Assembly (NCBI GenBank): GCA_000934665.2
Contig: JYFJ02000694.1
Coordinates: forward strand, 62,001 to 115,296
Origin: Catajapyx aquilonaris
Taxonomy: Eukaryota
DNA: 53,296 nucleotides
Reading direction: 5' to 3'
A model generated the notes under the pieces. The model was not told where the DNA came from and did no database searches. It saw only the letters and a program-made list of their open reading frames with translations. Within the stretch, counting starts at the first letter, position 1; every line of letters starts with the position of its first letter. The translations under genes and the position numbers were made by a program. Below are positions 38,601 to 53,199 of this stretch, one piece after another.

Positions 38601-41600
38601 GGTTGACTACACCACCGGCTTTAGATATTGGTCATCCTGTGAGATTTTGTGCGAAAAACCATCCTTTGATTTTATCGGTAAAAACAGAACATGCTTTTTT
38701 TTATTCGAATTTTTGGCCCGATTCCATCAGTTGCTCTTGTGTTTTTTTCGATAATGTTTTTTTGGGACCTGTGCTAGTTTCCTGTGTAGTCCTTGCCTGA
38801 CCAAGGCGATTCTACATCCTCTACCCCAGACTCAGTGAATGAAGCGCCATAATGTGTGCGGAATTTCCTGCGCTTTAATAGGTTGCAGCACGGTGTGACA
38901 CACCAAAGCTTGTTCCACAACTATTTTCAAATTGGATACCGCCACACTCACTGGTGCGATGTAATTAGTCAGAAAGTTTCAGTTCATGTCATAAGCTTGT
39001 CAGATTTGCTTCATATTCTGATTATTCACTATTCGTGGGTTTTCAATATTTCAAATTTACAATGATATTCAATAACCGAAATATTTTTTAAATTTTATTC
39101 TCAAGTTTTATTTCCATAATTATAATTATACATTTCTGTTACACCATGCATAATAACGGTGCACTGGCAATCTTGTTCCTTCGCATGTTATGACAAATTA
39201 CAGTGCCGTGGGACCATTTCATTCACTTAGCGAATTAGGCCCTAACTCTATGCAGGATGTTCCAAAAAACTTTAAATTGATAATCGCGTATAGTATTGCT
39301 TAGGTGTATTTTGGCACTGAAATGATGGTTATGAGGTGATTTTTAATGGTTAAGGAAAATATTAACTGATAATATTCGTTTGCTGGGACTCTCCTGTTTA
39401 TCACCTGGAAGGAATCTAGCCCGCGAAAAATTGGTTATATAAAATTACTTTCTATGGCTATTGTTACAATCGGAAATCCATTGCAATTCAATAACTGAAT
39501 GGATGATTCAGTTCTGCGGACAAGTATGTTGGATCACCCTACATTTTAGTACGGAAAGACAGGTATGGAGGCCTGTACTCATATTATTTTGTATAGTTTA
39601 TACACGTACATTATTGTAGTTTTTAATTAATGAGGCCATTTTTTACTGCGTAGTTCTTTTCAGGCCCATTACACTCTTGTTTAAATTTGCTAATTACATA
39701 GGCCATGGATTTATATTACACTATACTGTACACTGCTACTTGACAAAAAAAGTCTTGCCCCTTTTGTTTTGTAGTAATTAAATTCAGGCATCATATTTTT
39801 TTACTCCATCTGCTGTTTAAGGCAAAAAAAATCCTTGTAGTGGTATAATCCCAGCAAAATACGTAATATTCCTTTCGCCTTTTGGGGAAAAAATTGGGGT
39901 ATTCAGTATTTTTCAATAAAACAGTTTTACTGAAGAAAATAAATTTGATATGATTGATTTGCAGGTACCTGTGTATGACCTATATGACTGTACAGGTAAT
40001 TTTTAAATTCACCTTGTTAATGTGTTATTTTCGGAATTTGATTGCGTGATAAGCACTTTCCTTTAGAGGCAGGCTGTTCATTTTAAATATGGAAAATGAA
40101 ACTATCTGAAATCAAAAGTGTGGGAGGCACCAAATGAACCCTTTCAAACCCACATTCAACCTTCAGGCGACCTCCCTTAAAAAAGTGTCATGTTGTGTTG
40201 CCGCGGGCTGGCAAATGGGTCTCGTCGAATACGTCGTTATCGGTTGGTCCCCCTATATTTCTCCCACCTACATTTTTGATTTGTTTTGGGACAACGATTA
40301 CGCTGCCAGCCGGATGACCCACTAGTAAGAACCACACCATAAAATAGGCGGAATCTCGGAAGACCAGTCACTGCAACCCAGTAACATCGTTACGTATTTA
40401 TCCCAGAGGCAAATTAAGGCACTTCAGAGAGTAACTAATGGTTTTTCGCTAATTGTACAGCGAATTTACTATAGTGTTGATTTTATTGTTATTATGAGGG
40501 CGTTTTAAGAAGTAGGAAATATGAATTTTTCATCCTTTTTTCACTGATTATATTGGAAAATTGAATTGTACATTTTTGTACTCTCTGGCCCAAACATGAT
40601 TCTTCTACACATGAACCACTGGGATTAATGCATTTTTTCACAATGAAACACGAGTTTGAAGATAACTTTCTTTCCTTCAGTAGTGCTGTACCTTCTTATC
40701 TGCTTAAAAAAGTTCAAATCGCTTCTCGTGGATCTCAGTTTCCAGCATCTCCGGTTTACAGCTCCATGCCCAGAGGTTAAACGAATGCTCATACAAAAAC
40801 TCTCCGAATTTGTTTGGCCAAATCGGTACGCTTTTCGAACTTTGAATTTGTGGGACACGCCGCCAACATTTCGCCTGCGAAGGCGATTTTTCTCGCACAC
40901 AAACCGTTCAGCTCCGTATATATATATATATATTCTACCCTGTCACGGTTAGACGAGTTTCTGAAACAGCCTTTAATGCAACTATACAAATTCAGCTACA
41001 CACTGTGAGATCCGACTTCCCTAGATCATCACTCATGATCACGAAGAGTCACTGGGTTCCAATAATAAATGCACAGGTTGACAAAAACCTATTTATTTGA
41101 CTAACCTCCTCCGAGGCCTTCTCACGACTCACTACAAATATAAACCGCATCCCGCCATCCCTTGGAAAAACTGCCAACTCCTCACTAATTCCATCTTTAT
41201 ACATACTTTCGTCATATAGAGGTTTTACTATGTACAATATGCAATAGAGAAGCAAAATCACTTTCCATACCTATTGAAACGCCCTCATGTGTAATATTGT
41301 TGATGAATTAATGGTAGGTCTAATGGGGAAGTAGCCTTCATTTTGGAAACTACATAATAAATTCGCCCATATTTTTTGGATTTTTTTGGCATATTCCGTT
41401 TTAAGATATCAGTTTCAGTTCCGGAGTAATTGGGGTTTTTGTGTAGGCTACTGGTGACGTCACTGTCAGCCTAGAAAATGTTGACGTCACGCGAAGTGAA
41501 ATGAACGCAAAAATGGTGTTATTGTCGTAAAATGCTTCGCTGTTGTTAGCAACCGTCCCATTCCGTGAGCAAGATAGCGGCCGGGGCGCGTATTTATTCC

Positions 41601-42589
41601 AGGCCGCTCAAGCCGCTTTGTACATGGCAGTGATGCCACCAGGTCGGAATTATCTGTCACCCGAATTCGGCACATGAAGGCCCCTTTTCTCCACCTCGAT
41701 GGCCTACAGCCGCCTTGCGAATGCTTTCCGTCGTGTCCGCGGTTAATTCAAAGTCAAATTCCTCATATCTCGCAGTCAACCAGGCATTTCGGTGTACCCT
41801 TTCGATTGGCACCACCCGGCCGGGGCATTTTTCCCGCCAATTTTGAAGGCACTTTTAAATGTGCCGTAATTTATCCAGTAATGTCATTTTGATGCAACAA
41901 AGTCACGGAATGTATGTTTACAGACATGGGCTAGCTAGTTATGAACAAAAATCCCAAATCCCAGACCAAGGCTAGTTCCCCATTCAACCAGTTCTATAAT
42001 AAAATTTTCATTTTCTCTCCTTGCATTGATGGGGAGTGGAGACTTCGATTTTCGAATACCGTAGCTCTTTTCACTTCAGCCACTTAATCTCCGCGCCTGT
42101 GAAGTGTTTGTCGCCGAGGGACAACACTTCTCTTTTCCGTTTTCTAATTCCCTGAAGAAGATTCGCACAGTTAAGGGCAGCCATTTTCTACTCCCAAAAA
42201 AAACTCCTCCACTTGAATGCTAATGTATTTCGCTGTTCTTAATGGAACTCTTTTTAGCATCAAATGTAATTGCCAAAAAGTACCATTTTCAACTTATAGC
42301 TTAATGCCAGAAGGGAACATTTATCACTTTGAATCAGGACCGGGTGGTGAAGTGGGCCTTTCCACCACTGAGCTGTAGCGTTAATCCCCGGATCGGAAAG
42401 GTGGTTTTTTAAAGTCTAGAGAGTTTTAAATACTGGATAAGACACCACGTGGCCCAGTTTTTACAGCAGTTATTTCATGTAATGTAGACCAGCAATTATC
42501 CCCCAAAAATGGCGGAACTATTCGAATAGGCCATAATGCTCGAGTTGTTGAATCCACTTTAATAGACTACCGTGATTTAAATGGGTGGT

Positions 42590-43134
42590 AGGAGATTATA
42601 CAGTGTCTAAATTGGGAAGATATTGGGCAGGGTCTGCATGTAATTTGGAGATTACAGTACAAACAATCAAGTCTACATTAGCTTAATTATCATAGCTCAG
42701 CATTTAAAACAGTGTCAATATCTAAATGTATTTACCTAAATGTATTTACCTACTCCCTAGTGTAACTAATTGCTGAGAAAATGAACGTAATATTTCCCGA
42801 GTCGAATATCCACTCACAACCGTCCTAATTGTTGTTCCACTGGCAAAAGGAAAGACTTTGTAAAAACACTCCAGGCAACACCCACTCCACTGGCTGCCAA
42901 TTCTTCCTGCAGAGTGATGAGAAATTCTTTGTTCTTCTTCATTCGTTGATCGCATCAAAACTCGTTGGGAGAGCCGCAGGTGATCTGAAAATACCAACTA
43001 GGAAAACAAGAACCTTTTCTGGTTGTTTTCTAACTTTGCTCAAAGTTCGAAATCTCTCCTATTCGCTCCAGAGTAATGCTGTGAAACGGGTATTTTACAA
43101 GGAAGACGTGCACCTAAATTGCGGACTCATCTAA
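42590..43134 (+). mobile_element. Decayed L2-like LINE ORF2 3' end
   Basis: ACNLEI (cf. ARNLGV), ISRVEY (~42792, cf. SRLDY), LHWLPI (~42885), LKIP.RKTRTFS...RNL (cf. RAFS...WNxLP). Confidence 0.55.
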
Positions 43135-43559
43135 TTATTGGCAGTGGATAAAGACAGGTGCCTGGGGAAAGTGTCAACTTTAGAGTTACTGTACCTAAAC
43201 TACCCTCGGGTCTAGTTTCTGTGTTTGGTGTGCAAGGATTAATTGGTCTACCTCAGTTGCTACTGATTTACTTGCTGGAAATTAACTGTCGGTAAAATGA
43301 ATCATGGACACACGTACACACCCCACAACTGTTAACAACTTATTTCTAAAGTTCAGAAGTAAGTTACAAAGTTCAGTACTATCGACTTTAAAGAGTAAAA
43401 AAATTAAGACGCTCATTAATAGATTCGTTTGTAGAAATACTGAATAAAGAATAATGAATATTATACCGGGTTGAAAATCGATCTAGATTCTAGAAGATGG
43501 AGGTATACATGCAGTAGCTATTAATACACAAATAGTGACATCGGGTTCTCAATACTCTT

Positions 43560-44120
43560 GCTTGGCAGATCTTGATATTAAATAAATGAATTATTGTAAC
43601 ATGAAAGAACTTACGACAAAACAAGCGTGGGATGAGGTTGAAAAACTTATCGGAAAGTATTGAGCGACGCAGCAATGAACAGTTAATGAACAAATTGGGT
43701 CAGTCAAGGCCTTAGTTGAGGAAATTATCCGAGGCACACAATTTATTTCATGGGGCATGGGACTCACTCACGGCTATACTGTCTATGTGAAACTTTGCAG
43801 CCCTTTCTTGTTAGAAGTTTCGCTTTCCTCAGGCATCTTTGAGCCAACACGTCGACTCAGCTGGAGATGTTGACCAAAGATTTCTGATGAACCTCTACGT
43901 ACTGTACCAGTGTTGGATATTAATCGCGTCGTACTGTTAGTGACATTTTTCGAAGAGGCAGCATGGTACTATCTTTTCAGTTTGGCAGAGATCCTTAATA
44001 ACATGCAGCGTCTGTTCTAGAAACAAACAGAAGTGCGGTATACAATTCCGTAGTGAGGAAGTAAAATGTATGAGGCAAGCACATCAAGTCCCAGAAAAGA
44101 AATATCTTGGCAAGATTTCC
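43560..44120 (+). mobile_element. Decayed LINE reverse transcriptase core
   Basis: LDIK, TYDK (cf. KAYD), GLTHG..SPFL (cf. GLxQG..SPxLF), NNMQRL, GIQF, KYLG (~44100), in the correct order with frameshifts and stops. Confidence 0.5.
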
Positions 44121-47100
44121 GGCCCTCAAGGGTCAAATCTAAAGATCTAAGATGACACCAGTTGGTGAATAATGTTCTAAAAGTTACAAGTGAAAGTCTG
44201 GCGTATCAGACGAACAACTGCGTTAAGGCAACCCGAGAAACATATTCTCGAGCCAGTGCTATATACAAACTTATTTACAGAATACTGTTTTTATAGGAAT
44301 GTGAACAATGATTCCAGCCATGCATTCACTGAAATGTGTCGAACAAAGCTTCAGTAAACCTATTTACTAGATCATTTCACAGCTGGTATAATGCGCTTGT
44401 TATGTATTGGATAAGTTCACATTTGACCTCGAATGTGTGGAGTTAGTCAATTAGAGCAATTAATATTGATGAAGTGTTTATCGTCCTGGACCTTTCATAC
44501 TGTACACTGCAGTGAACTATTATGGGCTTCGCTCAATGACGTACGAGGTATTTGTTGGTACCATTTGTGCCCATAACTGCCTATTATCCTGAATAATAAT
44601 TACTACTAATACTTTATCATGACAATAATAAGGGCTGCTGCTATAATTCTGCTACATGGAATAGCAATGACCTACTTATATTCAAGTCATTTTATTGCAC
44701 TAGTAATATGGTTCGTATAATACAATGTCTGCAGAGAGAAAAGTACTTGAAAAATACGATACCAGCATTGATAACACAGGTAACACACAATTGGGAACTA
44801 AAAAGTCCTGGGATGGTTTGTCGTAACAAAACAGCTGCGGCTCAACAGTCCTGCAAAATGTGGAGGAACAAAAACGTACGTAAAATACTAAATAGCTATT
44901 TTGGTATTGATATTTTAAGGGATGATATTCCCTGCCACGTGATTGCCTCCCAACATCAATTTAATTTGACATATAGTGACAGCATACATCCTGTGCGATT
45001 TTTTCACTTAAAGTATATTTCCCTAAATGATTTCAGATGTATTTTAAACTGCGAACCCATTACATGTCGCCAGCAGTCGTCAAAATAACGGAAATGACAC
45101 AATACGAGCAAATGACCTGGGAATAACAGTAAACTACGATTTATTGCTTGAAGCCATACATCACAATAACTGACTGTGAGTAACCAATAACATGGATGAA
45201 CATCGATTTAAATCTATGCAATCTACATTTCGGGATTCGGTGCATGTGACGTTCCAAGTTCGTCGAATGCACAACTCGAAGAGGCTTTAAGGTTAGCTTA
45301 CGGGCTTATTCCTGCATTTGTGTGGGTCTCATTCCAAACCGCTCCTAAAATATTACTGATGGCGTAGCCGAGGCCAGGTTAAATCCGCCTCAGTTCATTA
45401 AGCAAAGAAATGTCAGCCTCTACTGCTACTTGGACGCATGTTACACGTCATATGTTTAAATGTTTTATCTATTTTTAACGTAATTGCCCCCGGGCACTCT
45501 TGTAGTGTATTCGCCTGATTTTGATTCCACTGCTCTCTCGAGTAACGACTTTGATACATTGGAATTGTAAAGTGGCACGTGAATCTCCTGACATGTCTCA
45601 CTCTTTGTCAATTGAAGTGTCTAACGAAGGTAGCAGCTTAAAGATTTTTGGCCCGCCGCTTTCCTTAAGCTGCAGACGTGGATCCATATAATTTATTTAG
45701 CATTTAAGCTCGTAATGTCAAGGAAAATCCTGGGGGAAGCTCCCGTCACTTTCGCAAAACTCATGGCAAAAAAAAGGTCGAACCATTAGTACCAGGCGCA
45801 ATATAAATACGGATTCGAACGTTTTTAAAGACGAAGTCATGAAATGGAAATCTTGTACAAAAAAAATATTCAGAATATATCGAATAGTATTTCGATATAA
45901 TTACATATGTTAATTGGGATTTCAAGAGAAAGCTTATTATATTTCTGGTCACATATTGACATGGCATTTTCATAATGTTAAACATACTGCGAGCTCCAAT
46001 GTTTTGATGTTAGGTTTGGGTCAAATTTACAATTATTTCGTAAAAACAGTATAAGGCACTTTCACGACTAGGTGAGCAAGTGCTTGCGAGAGACAAATGG
46101 AAATGTTCCTGAGCCATAACTCAGTGTTAGGGGTTGAGTACCACAAGCTTTAACATGGCAAGAAATAGTGAAACACCCTTTGGAGGTCACTCAGGATGAT
46201 TGTAATCAGTGTAATGTATTTTATCTTCCTGTGTTCCAAGCTATGATACATTTCCAACGCCCGCATTAGATTTCGAAGAAAATGGAATTTCTGCACCCGC
46301 ATTCTGTTGAAATATGAGAATCGCCTACGTTTTCTTTTAGGAAAGGAATTACAACTTGGGACAGTTCCAAATAGGATTTGCGTCACTGGTTTTTGCTAGC
46401 CAAAAGTGGACGACTAAGGAAGATTCAGAATATGGCTTTCAATTCATACAGTATAATATGAAGGATGTATTTCTCTACCGTTACGTAAAACCTATTCTTA
46501 TTTATGAAATAGGCTGTGTGATACGTTGTTAAAAACGGAAATAAATAGGAGGATCCAGTGAGCTGTTCTGTACAGTTCACTGTACGGAATATTTTACTTC
46601 ATAGCAAGCCTTGAAGGCAAGTGCCATGAACTGACATAGGCCGCCTCTACAGGATAATTCAGACACACAAGGTCATCCATCCGCCAGTGGTTAAATAATT
46701 GTCCTAAAACGAGTCTGAAATGGAGGAGTCGAGAACCCGAGAAAACGACACAGACGACCATGAACGTATATTGCGATTTAGTACACATCGGGTGGCCGCG
46801 TGGGGCACCAAAAAGTTCAACAATCGTCCATACACAGTTGTCATCCCCGCTTCATACATGTTAAACTTGTTTTGGGCCAACGAGTACGATGCTGGGGGCG
46901 GAATGTCATGGAGTTCTGAATCACCTACACTTAATTTACAAATCCCCTCACATACACAGGATGCGTCTCGGCTTCAGGTCATTGTGACGCCAGAGTAATC
47001 CTACTCGCTGTTCCCACGCAAGCCTAAAATGAAGGGATAAAGAAATGTCCGAAAATGCACCAACAACGTGACCTACCTAATGTCAAAAGCAAGTTCAGTT

Positions 47101-50100
47101 TGTAGCACAAACTGATACGCAAAAGGAGATAAAGAGTGGCTCAACAATGGTGGCTTTATATAGCGATTCATATTTTCACTCCGGTTTCGATCCTGTCGCA
47201 TGTCGATGCAAACTAGAAAGCAATAATTTCAGTGAAGTTTACATCACGAGATGTAAGGTGTGTTGCATCATACCAGGATAACAAAGCTCCATCATCCCCT
47301 TTTCTCCGAAGCTGCATGAAAGCGCCCTTGTTTTTGCCGCTTCTGCGCTTATCAGCATCTTTACGAACAAAATTGATGAATGCGACTTCCGGCACTTTAT
47401 TGTTTGTGGGCGTATAACCATGGCGTGGATTTTCGTTCGTTACCCATAGGGTGCCGGTAATCTCCCTGTGTCGTTACTTGATAAATCCAGTCCCAAGTTT
47501 GGTCTCATTAATTCAGCCCAGCCAGCAGAACATTTTTTTGGGAGAACAAAGAATCTGCGTTAAGATGAGTACAGAGGGAATATACGAAGCTTATTTCAAA
47601 GTAACTGTCAGTATTACGGCCATAGTAATACACAAATATTTCTAGACTGGTATTGAGAATAAATTCAATAGCCTATCAGTTACTGCCAGTTCCAGGGCCG
47701 TACACAGGCAAGAAATGTGGATGGTAAAGTTACATCAACGCTGAAATAATCACTTTATTGGTTTTGCGCAGTTAGATAATGCTACATTCATGCCGTAAAA
47801 TACTTAAAAAGCATCACAAAATGGTACTTGACATCTAGATGTAGCTACAATAAACAATCTTCTAGTGTAGTGATTAGTGGATCACCTTTTACGGTAGTGC
47901 TTGTCTATACTGTATACAGATACGTAATGTGTCCCTGCTACCTCTTGCTTATGAATGTTTTTATACATGTTGCCAATAGAGGTGACATTCGCTATTTTTC
48001 CTGAATAGTTTAATCTGATGATATAGCTGTGCTGTCGAAGGTCAGAAGGAAAATGCCAGCCAATATCTGCAGCTTCAAGCCCTGTGGTTGTAAGGCCTAC
48101 GAAGAAGAACGAAGCGTCATGAGCCTCATGACAAACATATTACCATCAATTAAATAGGCATTAAAATAAATAGCATTCGACTTGTATTTCGTCGTGACTA
48201 ACATTAAGATATTGACAAATTTTAACGCACCCGATAGAACAAAAACTAATGGTTATTCGGTCCCCTTTTCTATTCTTTCAATATTTCAAGTTCAATGTCA
48301 TTTGCCGACCCTTAGAATGTTTTATTTAGACCACTAAACTCTCATGAAGGTTGAATCTTCCGTGTTAATGAGTGTTGGCCAGAGTGAGGTGTAGGCCGGA
48401 GCTGGGAACCTCGTGAGAGACGTGAGATTTTGTTGTATTAAGTACGGGACTGTAGGCTAGTATTGCGCAAGTAAACATACAGTTTCACAACCCAACCATA
48501 TATAGTCTCATACCGCAGGCTCATTTATAAATTTTTTCCGCGAAACCTTATGAGAGCTAGTGATATTTTGCTATTGAGTACTTTTGCGGCATTATTTACT
48601 GATATTAAATAATTATTGACAGCGGTGAAAATAATCAAGGATATGGACTATAGTTCATCAACATCGTATATTATCCCATTCAGTGATGTTTATTTATGAT
48701 TCGTATCGATTAATGAACAAGGCAATCAAAAATTTGATCCGAGATTTGGTCCTCCAAGATTCTTTGAGGTAAACGTGGGATAGATAAATACATGAGGTAA
48801 ATTTAAAATATCTGCCTTTGCATTCAAAAGGACGGCAAAATAATTACAATGATGGATATTTTATTTATTATTTAATACCTGACTGGGATACTTATCCTAT
48901 TGGGGGTAGGAAGAACATTGATTTGCTCTTATGCACGCCAAGAATGCTCGTAGCCAGAATGTTCCCATTGTTAAAAGTGGACACTAGACATATCCGGAAA
49001 ATTATCGTTCTATTTCACTCTTTAATAATATCATTAAATTGTTCACGTCAGTTCTTATGAGATGGCTTATGACTCGGTCTGAGTTAAATGAGTTTTTTTG
49101 TTCTGAAAGTCAGTCAGCTTTCAGACCCAGTCGAGGTTGTTAGGACCAAATTTTAATACTAACGACTTTGATCCAGAATTCTATTGCGAACAAAACGGTA
49201 AACTTTTTGCCCCTTTCATGTAAACTTGCTCTACGCTTTTGACAGCATTCCTCATTAGGATCTGCTGTCACACCTTTACCATTTGAATTTGGATAGTTCA
49301 ATCATTATCTTCCTCTAGCAGTCTTTTTCTGCAAAAATGCAAGTTTATCCAACACAGTTGAAAAGGGACACAATCAGGGAGTCATGCAGGGAGAAACTTT
49401 ATCCCCGGCATCTTTTGCCATTTATTTTTGTCCGATATGTTAGATAATTATGTTACTAATGAATTTAGACCTTGATCTAGATATTCTTGAAATAGCCTCG
49501 AAATACAGTCTCCAAAAAAAAGTACGTCAATGGGATTTTTTTCCATTAAAATGTTTTCCTGGAGTATTTCTGGATACACTGAGTGTTTCATAAGTTAGCT
49601 CACATCCATACTTCGCCTTCTGAGGTACCTGGAGGTACAGTACACGTACTTTATCTTAATAGCTATGAGATAAAGTAACTGTCCACGGCTATCAAGAAGA
49701 AGGCTACAGTAATAGCCAACATGTCAGAAAACAGAAAAGGCCATGATGGGGCGTGTCGCTGCATACTGCCAACTGCATGTGACGCAACAGTAAATACCCG
49801 CCTTAGCTTCAGATGGTTCAGGTGAGCAACAAGTTCGTAGGATTGTCTTCTACAAAAAGTTGTTTATTACATTCGATTTAATTCATTGCTTGTGTGGGTT
49901 GGGGATGTGGTTTCTATTACGGAATAATACTGCATAATGTGTTTACCAGAATTCGATAATCTACTATTATCATATAAGATTCGATATTAAACTTTAATTA
50001 TCATTACTCAATAAATTGCGATAGTTGATCGCTCCAATATCTTACGATCTAATATCATCCACATCCGTAACTCCTGCAGGTCAGTGCCAACTTTACCACC

Positions 50101-53100
50101 TGCTGTACCCTAAACAAATTGTTGTTACACTAGCATGAAATATAACTCAAGCACGTGAATGAAATGTATTTCCGGCGCTTTAGCCACATCAAAAGATTTA
50201 TAAATATACAGAGTAAGACACAAGTTAACATTATTTAATACTTTTTTACACATCACTACTATTTCTGTCTCCAGAATCTAATTTTGCCAACAGGATACAT
50301 ACATTAGCATAAAGTTTTAGTTTTAGAAAGGTGAATGACTGAAGGAAAGAAAAGTTTCTCAAGTGCTTTGCCATTCAGAAATAAGAGTCAAGTTTTCGAC
50401 CATGGGGATAGTTTGAGGTGAACATCCGACTAAATTTTGCCCCTTGTGTTCGGTACCAATGTGGCAACTTTCCTCTTAAGAAATGTAGTAGGTTTTTTAT
50501 AGTCTCTTCAAAGATTTACAGCTGTTGTCCAGAAACTCGCACTTTATCACCTATGTGCATGCTATAGCAGTTTTGAATTGAATCTGCCAATCCTCTGATT
50601 AAATTACTGATTACAAAACTTGCAGGCCACTCGTGCAGAGACCTGCTTTGTATCAGCTGTCATCCCCTCAGATTGAATTACAAGAATCACGACATGCTTG
50701 AAACGTAGCAATTTGATTCATCTACAAGGCAGGGTATGATCTGGCTTGTACAGAAGTCTGCATGTATGCGAGATATGACCTTGCCCAAGGGGAGCTGGGA
50801 TATCAGCAACCTTGGTCATGGAATATGTACATTTTCCTCCGTACTCTGGGGAAATCTAGAAGACCTTCAATGAGGATTGTGTTTTTCATTGGTTAGTTCC
50901 ACACGCTACATAGCCCCGGATGTGAAAAATTACTAATGGTAATTACATCTCTCAAAAAATTTACCAGGAATAAATCCCGTTGCGGTATATTCCTCTTTAA
51001 AAATTACGGAAAATCCAAATTTGTTATCAACTTCTTCAGCGTCTTACATAATAGGTTGAAGATATTTCCACATTTTCGTGGCCTTATCCTGCTTTCGGAT
51101 AATATAATTTAAATTATAAATTAATTCAAACCCTTAAGATGTACTGTACCTGGAAAGGGCGCAAAAATACTAGCACCTTAAAGCACCACGCGAAATATTA
51201 TTTCACAATATTAATGCGTTTCACTATATAGGATTTTCATGAAATGTGTAACATTATTTTGTAAATAACAATCTCGTCTTTTTTAATGCTTACCACGGCA
51301 ACTAGCAAATATGGTGTCTCAAAAAATGTTATGGTATCTTTACAGTGGGCTTTTGGGAAATTGCTTTATTTTATTTATTTTATAGGTATGCAATCCCACG
51401 AGAAAAGCGTACACTTCGCCATTATAATATGTGCTGTACGGTGCTACAGTTCTTTTAACTAGTCAAAAAAGACGCATATGGGAAGGGAAACGTGGCAATC
51501 CTGTGTGTACAGTACTGTATCAGAATGGCCCTTCCTGTGAGGAAATTGCGAATTTGAAAAATATTTCGAGTGGCTGTTGCCAGTGCTAATGCGGTGATTC
51601 TCTCTGCAGTCACAGTACCGGCCCTGACATACCGCACCTGAGGGCAACAGAACCTAGTTGCACTCATTCAAGCGGCTGTAGTAGAACAATACGTTGGGTG
51701 CCATATGTTTACACTCTTTACAATGACGAGTGACGGATCAGCCATTGCCTTGTTGTCGAGCCAGTATACCAACGCTCTTGTTTGAGTGAAGATTATTGTG
51801 CTCAAATCTGGTCAATATGCCTACTGAGTTATATGTTATTAGAGGCGATTTATTTCTTGCCATTCGATGTATTATGACAATGTAATGAAATCTAATTTAG
51901 TGGACGAATTGTAGCTTGTAGCAAAAACATTTTTCTCGAAGTAATGTTGCGAAAGTCGGATATTTTTATGCACCAATCACGTTTTAGCACAGCGTGAGCA
52001 CATTTCCCAAAAAATAAGCTTTAAAAAAACTATAACTCGCAATTTTTGAGACCCATGTTTCACTTCACCTCCATACTAAATGTTCCCCAAAGCCTCCGCC
52101 CAACTATGCAAGAGCTGTCAAAAAAACTCAGGTGGTAATATAACCGCAGCTCTTTAAAAGCAAACTGCTCTGGAGTATGGAAATGCCCTTAATTTCATCT
52201 ACAAACTAGCTGAAATGCGCACCACGATATATTGCACATTGCAAACAGTAGCTAAAGGTATAAGGGCTCCAGAACTATAAGACTTGGATACAACTCCCGC
52301 CCCAGCACATTTCGAGATGAAGATTTGTTACCTCACTTGTTCCCTGTCCTTTTCGAGCCGCACATTTTCTGGACACAATACTGAACGTCAGCTAGTTAGA
52401 AAGATCAAGGCAGGCCCATTATTAATTGAGTGAAATCTAAATAGATGACAAAATGTTGGTGACATTTACGACGAACAGCTTTTAGTTTGTGACTGCTGTG
52501 ATAGTAACTCGCGTCTTGAACCATCAGTTATGGTGAAAACTTGTATAGTGAGGCACATACGTATGCCTGGCTTTCTCAATTACTGTATTATTGTTCATAC
52601 ATTTTAAAAAATATAGTCCACTGGGACATAATTAAACATGTTTAATATACCTCGTTACTACCAGGATGTGACCAAGATTGACTTCCCGAGTACTTGTAAG
52701 TCAAAACCGTTAATCATAGGATCAATACAGGCATGTAGCATACTGGGGACTTTTGAGGACTCACTATCATTAACGAGACCACTTAATTACTGCAAAAGTT
52801 CTCGCAGGTTGAATTATTCAACCTGCGAGCCGCCCAGGGCCACCGTTTTGCTTTTGTTTGAATAAAATGGGCCAAGTTTCCTTCAGTATTTGCCAAATAT
52901 TTTTTGTTGCTGCAGCGTAAAAAATTTCAGCGTCATCTCTGGAGTACATATAGGCCACTGGGTTGGCAAGGTTACTGACAAGCTCAAGCAGTTTCTCGGA
53001 AATACGTTAATTCAGACGTAATGTCAATTGTAATAAGGATTTGGTCCCAGCTTTTTGTTATCATAATGAATATTAAAATAAGGTTCTGAAAAACTTACCT

Positions 53101-53199
53101 CAATTAAATAGGATTTTAAGTTATTGAATCTATGCGAAAGGAGTGAACAAGAGGATCATTAAACATGACATACATGACGTGGGCTTCCAATTAGTGATC

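Noticed and set aside
39700..39730. RPWIYI as the missing NPWIY TM7 motif
   Set aside because: Arg instead of Asn, an in-frame stop three codons upstream, and no LNSC helix.
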